Assembly: GCA_963706955.1 (NCBI GenBank)
Contig: CAVPOC010000009.1
Location: 32,001-96,000, forward strand
Direction of reading: 5' to 3'
Source: an uncultured Verrucomicrobiae bacterium
GTDB taxonomy: Bacteria; Verrucomicrobiota; Verrucomicrobiia; Chthoniobacterales; Terrimicrobiaceae
Length of the DNA stretch: 64,000 nt
This document shows, in pieces, positions 1-10,581 of this stretch; the stretch's first letter is position 1, and each line of letters starts with the position of its first letter. Under the pieces are notes generated by a model. The model saw only the letters and a list, made by a program, of their open reading frames with translations. It did no database searches and was not told the origin of the DNA. The position numbers were made by a program, and so were the translations under genes.

Positions 1-93
1 GAGGGCGTCCATCAAGGCAAGTGTGAGCTGGAGAGGTTTTCAGCTCAAGTTTTCGATTGATCGCAGGAGAGATGATGCCGACGCTGCCACTCC

Positions 94-1104
94 ATGCCGG
101 CAGATGAAGAATTCATGCGCGAGGCGATCCGTCAGGCGCGCAAGGGTGTGGGTGCCACCCACCCAAACCCTGCCGTGGGCGCCGTGATAGTGTCCGAGGA
201 AACTATCGTCGCAAGGGGCTGGCATCGAGCAGCTGGAACCAACCACGCTGAAATCGAGGCTTTGGGAAGAGCACGCCAGAGAGCCCATGGCGCTACCCTC
301 TACGTAACGCTCGAGCCCTGCTCGACTCAAGGTCGAACGCCACCGTGCACCCACGCCATCGTTGAAGCCGGGATTGCGCGAGTGGTCTATGGGGCGACCG
401 ATCCAAATCCCAAGCATTGCGGACGCGCCGCCACATTTCTTTCGCGCGCCGGCATCGAAGTTTGCGCGGGCGTGCTCGCCGAGCCGTGCGCAGCCTTGAA
501 TACTGAATGGAACAAGTGGATCTCCGGAGGAATGCCGTATGTGATCGCCAAGGCGGCGATGACCCTGGATGGACGCATCAATTCCCCGCCCGAAAGTCGT
601 TGGATTACAAGTGAGGCTTCCCGCCAGGATGCGATGAAACTTCGCAGTCGTGTGCAGGCGATTTTAGTGGGAGGTGGAACTATCCGCGTGGATGATCCGC
701 AACTGACCGTCCGAGGGCCTTCGCCGAGGTCTCAGCCATGGCGCGTGGTTTGGAGCCGATCCGGGCGACTCCCTCCGACCGCCAAAATCCTCACCGATCA
801 GTATCGGGATCGAACCCTCGTCATGAAAGGGATGAGCTTGCGGTCGGCTTTGCGCGAACTGGGATCCCGAGAGATAGCCGCTGTTCTCATCGAAGGAGGA
901 GGGCGAGTCATAGGCGAGGCTTTCGATGCTTCGCTCGTAGACGAAGTCTGCTTCTATATGGCGCCAATCCTTGCGGGTGGTGCCACCCCCGTCACCGGCG
1001 GCCGGGGTGTTCGGGACAACGAGCACGCAGTCCGACTCGGTTCTGTCCTTTTTAAGCGCATCGGTTCAGACGTGCGGCTGACGGCGACCGTCCTCAAAAA
1101 GTGA
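94..1104 (+). CDS. ribD: Bifunctional diaminohydroxyphosphoribosylaminopyrimidine deaminase / reductase
   Basis: PNPAVGAVI, HAE and TLEPC...TPPC zinc-deaminase motifs; reductase half with AMTLDGRI, SRWIT, IEGGG. Confidence 0.97.
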   Translation: MPADEEFMREAIRQARKGVGATHPNPAVGAVIVSEETIVARGWHRAAGTNHAEIEALGRARQRAHGATLYVTLEPCSTQGRTPPCTHAIVEAGIARVVYGATDPNPKHCGRAATFLSRAGIEVCAGVLAEPCAALNTEWNKWISGGMPYVIAKAAMTLDGRINSPPESRWITSEASRQDAMKLRSRVQAILVGGGTIRVDDPQLTVRGPSPRSQPWRVVWSRSGRLPPTAKILTDQYRDRTLVMKGMSLRSALRELGSREIAAVLIEGGGRVIGEAFDASLVDEVCFYMAPILAGGATPVTGGRGVRDNEHAVRLGSVLFKRIGSDVRLTATVLKK

Positions 1105-3625
1105 TCGGCTCCGGCGTCGGCGCCTGGATGCTCGGAGCATCCATCGGCGAGTCCAGTGGGCGCACTGCCTCTGCCTTGCGGATCTCAGGCTCCGCTGAGG
1201 GACGAACGTCCGTCGGATGTGCTGCGTCCGAGGCTTTGGCAACAGCGTTGCTAACCTCTTGCACGTCGGCGGCATTGACCGGAATCGCGCGGGCGATGGG
1301 AATTGCGTCCTCAAAGGGATGTCCCGCAGGTCGCACAGCTCCGTAAACATCGTTAAGTCCCAGAATCGTCGGCGTCATGACAGCTATCGGTCGCACCGTT
1401 GAGAGGTCGATGGCCGTAGCTGCTCTCGGCCATTCTTCCTGGTCATACTCTCGCGCGTAGCTGCGAACTCCACCGCCATGAATGTTGCAGCGTTCCTTGG
1501 GGACCTGGGCCGCCGTGCCGTACTCGTTAAAAGTGCCCGAGCCTGGACCGTCAGTGCTCGAGTCCCGCAAACATCTTGGTGTCGCCAACAATCCGGAACG
1601 ACGGCAGATCTCAACAGCTTTCAAGGTGCCGGGTTTGTCGAATTTCACCGGAGGAAATTCCTCGGAAGCAATGTTCATGATCTTTGTCCAGATCGGCAGG
1701 GCGAGGTCCTTTCCGAAGGCTCCGCGGTAAATTCGGGTGGGGCGATCAAATCCCACCCACACGCCGCAGGTCACCCCGCTGCTGTAACCAAAGAAATACG
1801 TGTCGGTGAAGTTGTAGGCCGTGCCCGTTTTTCCAGCAACTGGCATGTCTTTCAACCCGAGTTCGGCGAAAGCGATGGAGGCGGCACCCGTGCGCAAAGC
1901 AGCCTCCAGTCCTTCAGTGACCTGCCAGGCTGCCTCGCGACTAATCGCTTTTACGGTCTGCGGTTCCGCTTTGAAGATTTGCTTACCCTCAGCGTTGGCC
2001 ATTTTTTCGATGATGTGAGGCTGCTTGGCCCTCGAGCCACCATTTGCGAAGACAGTATAGGCCAAGGTAATCTCCTCGAGGGTGGCCTCGCTGCTCCCGA
2101 GAAAGGCGTTGGCATAGTTGCGCAGCGGGGAGGTAATCCCCGCACTGAGAGCAGTTGACTTGACCTGGTCCAAGCCGATTCGCAAACCGAGGCGCACGGC
2201 GGCGGCATTCTTGCCTTTCGCGAGCGCCTCGCGCGCCGGAATCGGACCTTCGTATTCGTTCTGCTCACGCTCGACGCCCCATTCCCCCAGAATGCCGGAA
2301 TCACCGCCGACCATTACATACCGATTATCCAGACAGGAGTCGTCGACCGTGGACCCGGGAAAGATCCCTTTTTCATAGGCCGCGGCATAAACAATCGGCG
2401 TGAAGGCCGTCCCGATGGGGCGGCGGGCCATGGTCGCACGGTTATATTCGCTATGTTTAAAATCTCTGCCCCCGACCATAGCAAGAATACCGGCCGTCGA
2501 GTTTTCGAGCGCCATCACCGCGCCTTGCAAATACTTCGGTTCCGGCAACTTCAAGAGCACATTGCCGCGATTCAGCTCCTCTTCGATAGGCTTGGCGAGT
2601 TTCCGGTAGTCGTCAAAGGTCCCGTGATCATACCCGGGTTGGGTTTCGATCTTGGCAAGCAATTCACGCACCGCGAGTTCAGCTGCTCTCTGCACCTTCA
2701 AATCAAGCGTGGTGTAAATGTGAAAGCCTCCATTCATCGCGCGTCGGTATCCCAGGGCGGCGATCGCTTGTTGCCGGATGTAGTCGATGGCGTAGGAAAC
2801 CTTGAAGGGGTTTGTCCTCTTCATGACATACAGAGGAAGCCCAACTTGCTCTTTGTAGTCGGCTTTCGATATCAAACCTTGCTCTCTCATACGCTTGAGC
2901 ACGAAATCGCGAGCCATCTTCGCCCCTTCCTTATTGTTCCATGGAGAGAGCGTCTGTGGACTCTTTAGCAAGCCGGCAAGCATCGCGCATTGGCCGATGT
3001 CGAGATCCTTGGCGCTCCGTCCAAAGTACCCGCGGGCGGCGGCCTCCACCCCATAGAAGCCACTTCCAAAGTAAACGCGGTTAAGATACAGCTCCATGAT
3101 CTTGCCCTTGGAAAATTTCTGCTCGATGCGGCGGGCCAGAAACATCTCAACAAGTTTGCGCTGGTAGGTCCGCTCCCGCAGCTCGAAGGAATTGCGTGCC
3201 AGCTGCTGGGTCACCGTGCTGGCTCCCTGCGAAATCTTCCCCCGCCGATAGTTCGCCAGTGCCGCCCGTAAGACCCCGATGTAGTCCACTCCATGGTGCT
3301 GGAAGAACTTGTTGTCCTCCGCCGCGACAACCGCCTTGACCATCGCTGGAGAAATCCTGTCCAAAGAAACCGGGTTCCGGTTCTGAATGAAGATCTTGCC
3401 CAGCTCTTTGCCCTGCCGATCGTAAATTATTGAAGCGGCTTCCATCCGCTCCAACTGCGTTAAATCGTATTCTGCTGCCCGCCGTTCGAAACGCACATTG
3501 AGAAAAACCCAGAACAGCCATCCGGTCAGAGCTGCAACCACCATCAACGCGATGGGACCATAAAACCACCACCGCAAGAAAAACGGCTTCTTGCGCCACT
3601 GCCGTCGAAGCGACTCCCAACTCAA
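1094..3625 (-). CDS. Class A penicillin-binding protein (transglycosylase-transpeptidase, PBP1A family)
   Basis: GT51 motifs EDNKFFQHHG, GASTVTQQLA, RKLVE, LYLNRVYFG; KTGT transpeptidase motif; N-terminal TM anchor. Start uncertain (TTG at 3625 or 3667). Confidence 0.93.
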   Translation of the reverse strand: MSWESLRRQWRKKPFFLRWWFYGPIALMVVAALTGWLFWVFLNVRFERRAAEYDLTQLERMEAASIIYDRQGKELGKIFIQNRNPVSLDRISPAMVKAVVAAEDNKFFQHHGVDYIGVLRAALANYRRGKISQGASTVTQQLARNSFELRERTYQRKLVEMFLARRIEQKFSKGKIMELYLNRVYFGSGFYGVEAAARGYFGRSAKDLDIGQCAMLAGLLKSPQTLSPWNNKEGAKMARDFVLKRMREQGLISKADYKEQVGLPLYVMKRTNPFKVSYAIDYIRQQAIAALGYRRAMNGGFHIYTTLDLKVQRAAELAVRELLAKIETQPGYDHGTFDDYRKLAKPIEEELNRGNVLLKLPEPKYLQGAVMALENSTAGILAMVGGRDFKHSEYNRATMARRPIGTAFTPIVYAAAYEKGIFPGSTVDDSCLDNRYVMVGGDSGILGEWGVEREQNEYEGPIPAREALAKGKNAAAVRLGLRIGLDQVKSTALSAGITSPLRNYANAFLGSSEATLEEITLAYTVFANGGSRAKQPHIIEKMANAEGKQIFKAEPQTVKAISREAAWQVTEGLEAALRTGAASIAFAELGLKDMPVAGKTGTAYNFTDTYFFGYSSGVTCGVWVGFDRPTRIYRGAFGKDLALPIWTKIMNIASEEFPPVKFDKPGTLKAVEICRRSGLLATPRCLRDSSTDGPGSGTFNEYGTAAQVPKERCNIHGGGVRSYAREYDQEEWPRAATAIDLSTVRPIAVMTPTILGLNDVYGAVRPAGHPFEDAIPIARAIPVNAADVQEVSNAVAKASDAAHPTDVRPSAEPEIRKAEAVRPLDSPMDAPSIQAPTPEPITF

Positions 3626-3775
3626 TAGTCCTAGTCTAATGGCGCTTATCTCCCACGTTTGACCCAAAGGTTCAAACCCGAAAAACCGAAAAACATGCCA
3701 AAAACTCTATTTGTTGAGATTGCAAGTTATTTGCGCTTGACTTGTGAGGGCGAGAAGGGAGTCTCGGCGGCCGCC

Positions 3776-5203
3776 ATGAAAACGATTTTCTTGTTCCTTT
3801 TGCTTCTCGGGGTCAGCTTTTCAGGTTCCTTTGCTGAGGAGGCTGCCGTCCCCCCAAAGAGAAGCGCCGATCTTACATCGTGGATGGATGGGGACTATGG
3901 AACCGGCACTTGGTTGGGCGCACGGATTGGACTGGAGGACAAGGGGTTGACGATTTCCGGTGGGTATACAGCCGAGGTTTGGGGGAATACGACGGGAGGA
4001 CTCAAGCGAGGCGCCGTCTATACGGGACTACTCGATTTCGGTGCAGAGTTGGATCTTGAGGAGGTTATCGGCTGGAAAGGAGCCAGCGTAAGCACGACGT
4101 GGCTCTGGCTCAGCGGACGGGACGCTTCGGAGGACCTTGTCGGGAACTTTCTTACCATATCCAATATTGCCGGCTTCAACACGCTGCGGATGCTGGAATT
4201 GTGGTTTCAGCAAGATTTCTTCCAGGGCGGAGATGATGCCCCGCCGGGCCTCTCGATACGCGTTGGGCAGTTCACTGCCGACAGTGAGTTCGTAATTTCC
4301 GATTACGGCGCTCTTTTCACGAACGGCAGTTTTGGATGGCCGGCCTTTCTCTACACCAACATTCCCGCGGGAGGCCCGGGTTACCCGATGGGCGCTCTTG
4401 GCGTCCGCGTCGCCGCTAATCCGTGGGAATGGTTGACTCTGCAAAGCGCTGTTTTTGAGGGCAACGTCTTCGATCAGAACGTTAACCGCCATGGATTCAG
4501 GTGGGACCTCAATGCCAACCAGGGTTACTTCTGGCTGAACGAGCTCCAAGTGCGCTGGCACCATAGTAACCCAAAGAGACTGCCGGGTCAGGCTAAGTTT
4601 GGCGCCTGGTTCCACACGGCGGACTTTGCAGACCCCTTTTACGACGAGGATGGGATTCCCCTGGCTGAGGAGGATTCGAGCGGCAATCCGCTCACCCACC
4701 AGTGGAATTATGGATTCTACTGGATTCTCGACCAGATGCTTTACCGTGAACCCCGCAAGACCGAGCCGGTAGCCAGTGTTCTGGGCACGGACGGAAAGTC
4801 GGTCGCCCCGTCAAAGGCAAGCATAGCCGCTGAGGAGGAGGAGGCTTCCGATCAGGGACTCGGCTGGTTTGGGCGCATCGCTTTCGGCCCGCAGGATCGT
4901 AATTTCGTGGGATTCTACGTCGAGAGCGGGCTTGTTTATACGGGCGCCATCCCGACCCGTGACGAGGATCAAGTCGGTGTAGGCTTCGCCTATGCCCAGC
5001 TGACCAATGGCGCCCGACGGACCTTGGAGCTGGAGGGCTCGCGTGGAGTCGGTGCGGAAATGGTCCTCGAGGTCACCTATCAACTCAATCTCACCAAGTG
5101 GCTGTATGTTAAGCCGAACGCGCAATTTATCATCAATCCCGGTGGCACTCAGGATCTGGGCAATGCCTTTGTTATCGGTGGCCGCGTGTCGGTGAACTTC
5201 TAG
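3776..5203 (+). CDS. Carbohydrate-selective porin, OprB family
   Basis: Signal peptide MKTIFLFLLLLG; GNTTGG, ELWFQQ, GQFTADSEF and PNAQFIINPGG motifs; C-terminal Phe of a beta-barrel. Confidence 0.9.
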   Translation: MKTIFLFLLLLGVSFSGSFAEEAAVPPKRSADLTSWMDGDYGTGTWLGARIGLEDKGLTISGGYTAEVWGNTTGGLKRGAVYTGLLDFGAELDLEEVIGWKGASVSTTWLWLSGRDASEDLVGNFLTISNIAGFNTLRMLELWFQQDFFQGGDDAPPGLSIRVGQFTADSEFVISDYGALFTNGSFGWPAFLYTNIPAGGPGYPMGALGVRVAANPWEWLTLQSAVFEGNVFDQNVNRHGFRWDLNANQGYFWLNELQVRWHHSNPKRLPGQAKFGAWFHTADFADPFYDEDGIPLAEEDSSGNPLTHQWNYGFYWILDQMLYREPRKTEPVASVLGTDGKSVAPSKASIAAEEEEASDQGLGWFGRIAFGPQDRNFVGFYVESGLVYTGAIPTRDEDQVGVGFAYAQLTNGARRTLELEGSRGVGAEMVLEVTYQLNLTKWLYVKPNAQFIINPGGTQDLGNAFVIGGRVSVNF

Positions 5204-5267
5204 TTGAGGCGCGGCCGCGGTTCGGACGCGGAATCCAACCTTCCGTTGGGGGCGTCCACGCCTCGGA

Positions 5268-5684
5268 TCAAGCGAGTCTTCCTTCGTCGGCGTCGATGTA
5301 GTCAAACATGGTTTGAATGTCATCGCGATTGGCGAGGCCGCTTTCTCGCTTCCGTTGCTCGAGCATGGCCGTGCCTTCATCCTTCCAGCCGCGTTTTCGC
5401 ATGAATTCGTTCCAGACGTAGATCTGCTCGGGATTCGGCTGTTGACCGGTAGAAAAGCACCACTCGAGAACAGTCAGATCGTCCGAACTTTCGGTGACTT
5501 TCCTGGCGAGGTCTTCGTACGACACCTGGAGAAAGTCTACACATCGCTTGTCGAAACCCACGCCGAGATTCTGATGTAAATCGTGATGGAGCTGTTCGGT
5601 GAGTTTGAGGCGAATCTTGTCGAGCATGCGCCCGAAATAGACGATGCCACCAACTTTCTCATGGGGACTGCGCGGATAGGTCAT
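5268..5684 (-). CDS. DUF5069-like conserved protein
   Basis: PRSP..VGG..YFGRMLDKIR and DYIDADEGR motifs; start overlaps the lspA stop. Confidence 0.75.
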   Translation of the reverse strand: MTYPRSPHEKVGGIVYFGRMLDKIRLKLTEQLHHDLHQNLGVGFDKRCVDFLQVSYEDLARKVTESSDDLTVLEWCFSTGQQPNPEQIYVWNEFMRKRGWKDEGTAMLEQRKRESGLANRDDIQTMFDYIDADEGRLA

Positions 5685-6163
5685 CAAGGCAATGATGGTT
5701 GAGCTTTTTTACGTTTCGTATCCAGAAAGGAGGCAACAATGAATAGTCCTGCGGCAATACAGATGCACGAATCAGCCACATTGAACGCAGGCCACCTTCC
5801 ATATACGGGCAGAATGAAATCGAGAAAATCGATGACGTGACCGTGGATGATGCGATCTGTGAGGTTGCCGGAGATTCCTGCCACCAGCAGGGCGGCTGCC
5901 CAGCGCGAAGGTTCGTCGAAGAAGACATTCTTCCATCCGAGAATTCCCAAGATGACCAGCGCGACGCAAGAGAGGGCAATAAAGAACAGGTTGTTGTCCC
6001 TTAGCATTCCAAAGGCGGCACCGGTGTTATGGACTTGCACGAGATTGAAAAATCCCGGGATGACTGGGACGATCTCGTCGGTGGAAATCTTCGCGAGGAC
6101 GAGCGCCTTCGTGACTTGGTCGAGAACGTAGAGAGGCAGCGAGACGGAACGCCAGAGCTTCAT
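5684..6163 (-). CDS. lspA: Lipoprotein signal peptidase II
   Basis: DQVTK, NTGAAFG, GNLTDRI, VIDF, FNVAD motifs; directly downstream of ileS. Confidence 0.97.
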   Translation of the reverse strand: MKLWRSVSLPLYVLDQVTKALVLAKISTDEIVPVIPGFFNLVQVHNTGAAFGMLRDNNLFFIALSCVALVILGILGWKNVFFDEPSRWAAALLVAGISGNLTDRIIHGHVIDFLDFILPVYGRWPAFNVADSCICIAAGLFIVASFLDTKRKKAQPSLP

Positions 6164-6206
6164 TGTCGCATGCTTCTCGAGGGGGCCCTGGAGTCGAGAG
6201 TGCTGC

Positions 6207-8976
6207 TCAACCTGCTTGGATGGCAGCTTCGGTGACGGCATCGGCACAGCGCACGCAAAGCGTGGGGTGAGCCGGATTGCCACCCACGTCCTCGCGAAAC
6301 CTCCAGCATCTGTCGCAGCGGGGGTTCGGCGTTCGTGATACTTCGATCGAAAAGCTTTCAGATTCCTCGAGATCGAGATCGCTGATCACAAAGATCTCAT
6401 CCAACTCCTCGCGATACTCACGGACGACTTCGACTTCATCTTTGGCTGCAACTCGCACGACCACCCTCGCCTCGAGCGTGCCGCCGATTGTTTTGGCTTT
6501 CTGCGCGGCTTCAACGGCTTGCATGATTTTCGCGCGCAGGCCGAGCAGCGTATCAAATTTACGAATCGACTCGAGATCCACCCATTCCGCATCCACTTCC
6601 GGGAAAAGTTGAATATGGACAGACTCCTCAGGACGGAAATATCCCCACGCTTCCTCACTGGTGAAGGCCAATACCGGCGCCAGCAGCCGACAGAGGGCAT
6701 CAAAGACCGTCGCCATGGCAAACTGGGTCGCACGGCGGCGCGGCGAATCGGAAGCGTCGCAATAGAGTCGGTCCTTGGTGATGTCCACGTAAAGACTGCT
6801 CAAATCCACTGCGCAAAACTGGTTTATCGAGTGATAGACGCGGTGAAACTCAAGGCTCTCATAAGCGTCACGGCAGTTGCCGATCAAGGTTTGCAACTTT
6901 GCTAAAACCCATCTGTCGACCAATGTTGTCTGCTCGCGCGGCAGTTCACGGGTGCCGTCGAAATCGTGGAGGTTCGCCAGCAAGATACGCAGCGTATTTC
7001 GAATACGCCGATAAGCGTCCGAGAGGCGGGTAAAGATCTCCTCGGAAAAGGGGACATCGTCGGTAAAGTTCACGCTGCTCACCCATAACCGCAGCAGATC
7101 GGCGCCATACTTGTTAACGTAGTGATCCGCTTCTGAAGGCTTCTGATAAGCGCCCTGAGTGGACTTGGAGATCTTTTTCTTGGTGTCGACGTCGACCACG
7201 AATCCATGCGTCAATACCGAACGGTATGGCGCCACTCCGTTCAGGGCGATGGAAGTCATCAGCGAGCTTTGAAACCAGCCACGATGCTGGTCAGTCGCCT
7301 CGAGGTACAAATCTGCCGGAAATTCGAGCTCTTCGCGCCTCCGCAGAACCGCCTGATGGCTTACTCCGGAGTCGATCCAGACGTCCAGCGTGTCGTTTCG
7401 GCGTGTCCACCGGGACTGTCCATAGCCGATCTCATTGAGGATCTCCGAGTCAGTCAGATCAAACCAGACGTTTGTTCCCCTCACCTCGACCAGATCCGCG
7501 ACACGGCGCGCAAGCTCAGGAGCGAGCGGGTTTTCAAGGATCGGTCGGTTATCTTGATCATAAAAGATTGGAAGCGGCACTCCCCACGATCTCTGGCGCG
7601 AGATGCACCAGTCGGGGCGCGATTCGACGGTCCCGTAAATGCGATTTCGGCCCCAATGCGGCAGCCAGGTTACTTCCTCGATCGCCCGGAGAGCGTCGTG
7701 GCGGAGAAGGTCGACGCGGATGAAAAATTGCTCCACTGCGCGAAAGACCACCGGCGTCTTCGAGCGCCAGCAATGTGGATATGAGTGCCGGTAAACCTGC
7801 TCACCAAGAAGCATGTTCCGCGACCGCAGGTGTTCGACGACCTCCTTGTTTGCATCGAAGACATACTTGCCAGCCCAGATAGGCACGCCCACCTCTTCGG
7901 TGAAGCGTCCATGGTCATCCACGGGCGAGAGAATGGGCAAACCGTTTTCAACGCCGGCAACATAGTCGTCCGCTCCGTGGCCGGGCGCAATGTGGACCTG
8001 GCCGGTGCCGGCGTCGAGGGTGACGAAATTTGCCAGGATTACCCGCGATCGTCGATCGAGAAAGGGATGCTGTGTCTCGGTGTTTTTCAGCTCGGTCCCG
8101 AAAAAGGATTGCGATACCTGATCATTGGCGAGCTTCCATTTCGTGGCCTGTTCAAAGGCTGGGACGAGCTCCCTTGCGAGGACGAAGAGTTCCTCCTCCC
8201 CGGTCTCTTCATTTCGAAACCGTCGAAGCCAGTAGGTATAATCGGCTTTGATCGCGATGGCGACGTTTGCTGGCAGCGTCCACGGTGTCGTTGTCCAGAT
8301 TACCATGCTCGCCTTTGCTGCGAGCGGGCCGCTGACGATGGGAAACTTGACAAGGATCGCAGGATCTTCGCGCTCGGCATATTCGACCTCTGCCTCAGCG
8401 AGGGCCGTTTGGGCGCCGGTACTCCAGTAGACCGGCTTCTTCGATTGATAGACGAGTCCTTTCTCCAAGAACCTGGCAAAGCAACGGATGATATCTGCTT
8501 CGGTACTGCGGCGAGAGGGTGAGATAAGGATTCTCCCAATCTCCCAAGACCCCTAAGCGTCGGAATTGCCGCTTCTGAACGTCGACAAATTTTCGCGCGT
8601 AAGCCTCTGACCGCCTCCGGACTTCTGCGGGAGCAAGGCCCTTCGATTCCTTGACCACCTTGAATTCGATCGGTAGCCCATGGCAATCCCATCCTGGAAC
8701 GTAGGGAGCCCGGTAGCCAGCCATGGTGCGCGACTTCACAACGAAGTCTTTTAAGATCTTGTTCAGGGCAGTGCCCATATGCACGTCGCCGTTGGCGAAG
8801 GGCGGCCCGTCGTGAAGAATATATGCTCTCGCCGCCTCCTTCCGCTCTTCCTGGATGCGTTCGTAGAGCTTCTCACGCTCCCATCGGGCGAGAATTTCCG
8901 GCTCTCGTGCTGTCAATCCCGCTTTCATTGGAAACTCCGTCTTGGGAAGGTTTAGTGTGTCCTTGTAACTGCTCAT
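6207..8976 (-). CDS. ileS: Isoleucine-tRNA ligase, split by a +1 frameshift at about 8502
   Basis: N-terminal part: [15 protein letters not shown] (HIGH-like), [12 protein letters not shown]-terminal part: [24 protein letters not shown]...CVRC zinc finger. Removing one C in TAC-C-GAA restores [11 protein letters not shown]. Confidence 0.96.
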
Positions 8977-9123
8977 CGCGAACAACAACCCTTAGCAGTG
9001 CCTCTCCCCATGGTCAAACCTGCCGCTCTGATCGGTTTCTCCGCAACGCTGAACTCTTCTCTGCACAGAAATAATGAGATTTCGTTATTCCGGCGCAAGA
9101 GCGATGATGCCGTGTGATTTGCC

Positions 9124-10581
9124 ATGAGGTGCTTTCACGGTTCATGCACGGCGGTAGTTATGTTTGTATTGGCCGCGCCGTGCCTTTTCGCTGAAAGCCA
9201 CTCCGCCGCCGATAGTGCAAATCAAAAGGCAGAGCCTCACCAGAAGTTGAGCGGTAATGGCTTTGACTACGCCGAAGTTCTCCAAAAGGCTCTCTTCTTT
9301 TTTGACGCGCAACGCTCGGGGGACCTGCCGAACGGCTTTCGCGTTGCCTGGCGTGGCGACTCGGCCCTCGATGACGGCAAAGATGCGGGTATTGATCTCA
9401 CGGGCGGATATTACGATGCGGGAGATCACATGAAGTTCGCCCTTCCGCTGGCCAGTACGCTCACTCTGCTGGCCTGGAGTGGCATCGAATATCGCGGAGG
9501 ATATGAGCGCGCGAGTCAATGGTCCCAACTACTGGATACGATTCGCTGGGGCGCCGACTGGATCCTGAAGGCTCATGCGGCAAAGGACGTGTTTTATGCG
9601 CAGGTAGGGGATCCCCGGTCGGATCACTCGTTCTGGGGGCCACCCGAATCCATGAAGATGAACCGTCCGACATTCAAGATTGACGCGGAGAATCCGGGCT
9701 CGGAGATCGCCGGAGAAGCTGCAGCCGCGCTCGCCGCCGCTGGCATTCTCTTCCGAGCAGAGGATCCATCCTATTCGGAGAATCTTCTCAGCCACGCGAA
9801 AGCGCTATTTCAATTCGCCGATCTTTACCGCGGCAACTACATCGATGCTATTCCTGCTGCGTGGGGTTATTATCATTCGTCCGGTTATCACGACGAATTG
9901 GTTTGGAGCGCGCTCTGGCTTTATAAAGCCACCGGCAACGTCGAATATCTGCGAAAGGCGGAATCGATCTACCGCGAGTATTTCGCGAATGCTTCTATGC
10001 GCTGGACCCATTCCTGGGACGACAAACGCTACGGGGCGGCGATCCTTCTCGCCCAACTGACAAAATCCGAGGTCTACAGAGAGGCGGTTCGGCGCTGGTT
10101 GGATTACTGGACCTCTGGCGATCAAGGAGAGCGTATCGAATACACGCCTGGTGGGTTGGCGTGGCTGGACTCCTGGGCCTCACTGCGCTATGCAGCCACC
10201 ACCGCTTTCCTCGCCTTCGTCTATGCCGACACCGTCGAGGATGTTGGCGGTCGTTATCGCGATTTTGCCCGCCACCAAATCGACTACATATTGGGAGCGA
10301 ACCCCCAGGGGCGCAGCTACGTGGTCGGATTTGGTAACAACCCCCCACGCAACCCACACCATCGCGCTTCCCACGGATCTCTTAAACACACGATCGAAGA
10401 CCCGCCCATTAATCGGCACATTCTCTATGGCGCGCTTGTTGGAGGTCCTACCTCCGCCGATGATTCATCCTATGTCGATGACCGGACGAATTTCCAGGCC
10501 AACGAGGTGGCTTTGGACTACAATGCAGGCTTCACCGGTGCCGTGGCGAGGATGGTCCTGCACATCGGTCCTCTTCAGTGA
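9124..10581 (+). CDS. Secreted glycoside hydrolase family 9 endoglucanase (catalytic domain only)
   Basis: Signal peptide; AQRSG, DLTGGYYDAGDHMKF, PHHR, LYGALVGGP, NEVALDYNAG; catalytic Asp/Asp/Glu present; no CBM. Confidence 0.95.
   Translation: MRCFHGSCTAVVMFVLAAPCLFAESHSAADSANQKAEPHQKLSGNGFDYAEVLQKALFFFDAQRSGDLPNGFRVAWRGDSALDDGKDAGIDLTGGYYDAGDHMKFALPLASTLTLLAWSGIEYRGGYERASQWSQLLDTIRWGADWILKAHAAKDVFYAQVGDPRSDHSFWGPPESMKMNRPTFKIDAENPGSEIAGEAAAALAAAGILFRAEDPSYSENLLSHAKALFQFADLYRGNYIDAIPAAWGYYHSSGYHDELVWSALWLYKATGNVEYLRKAESIYREYFANASMRWTHSWDDKRYGAAILLAQLTKSEVYREAVRRWLDYWTSGDQGERIEYTPGGLAWLDSWASLRYAATTAFLAFVYADTVEDVGGRYRDFARHQIDYILGANPQGRSYVVGFGNNPPRNPHHRASHGSLKHTIEDPPINRHILYGALVGGPTSADDSSYVDDRTNFQANEVALDYNAGFTGAVARMVLHIGPLQ

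Noticed and set aside
8495..8510. Programmed ribosomal frameshift in ileS
   Set aside because: No slippery heptamer or homopolymer run; the same C-doubling signature occurs at 37805
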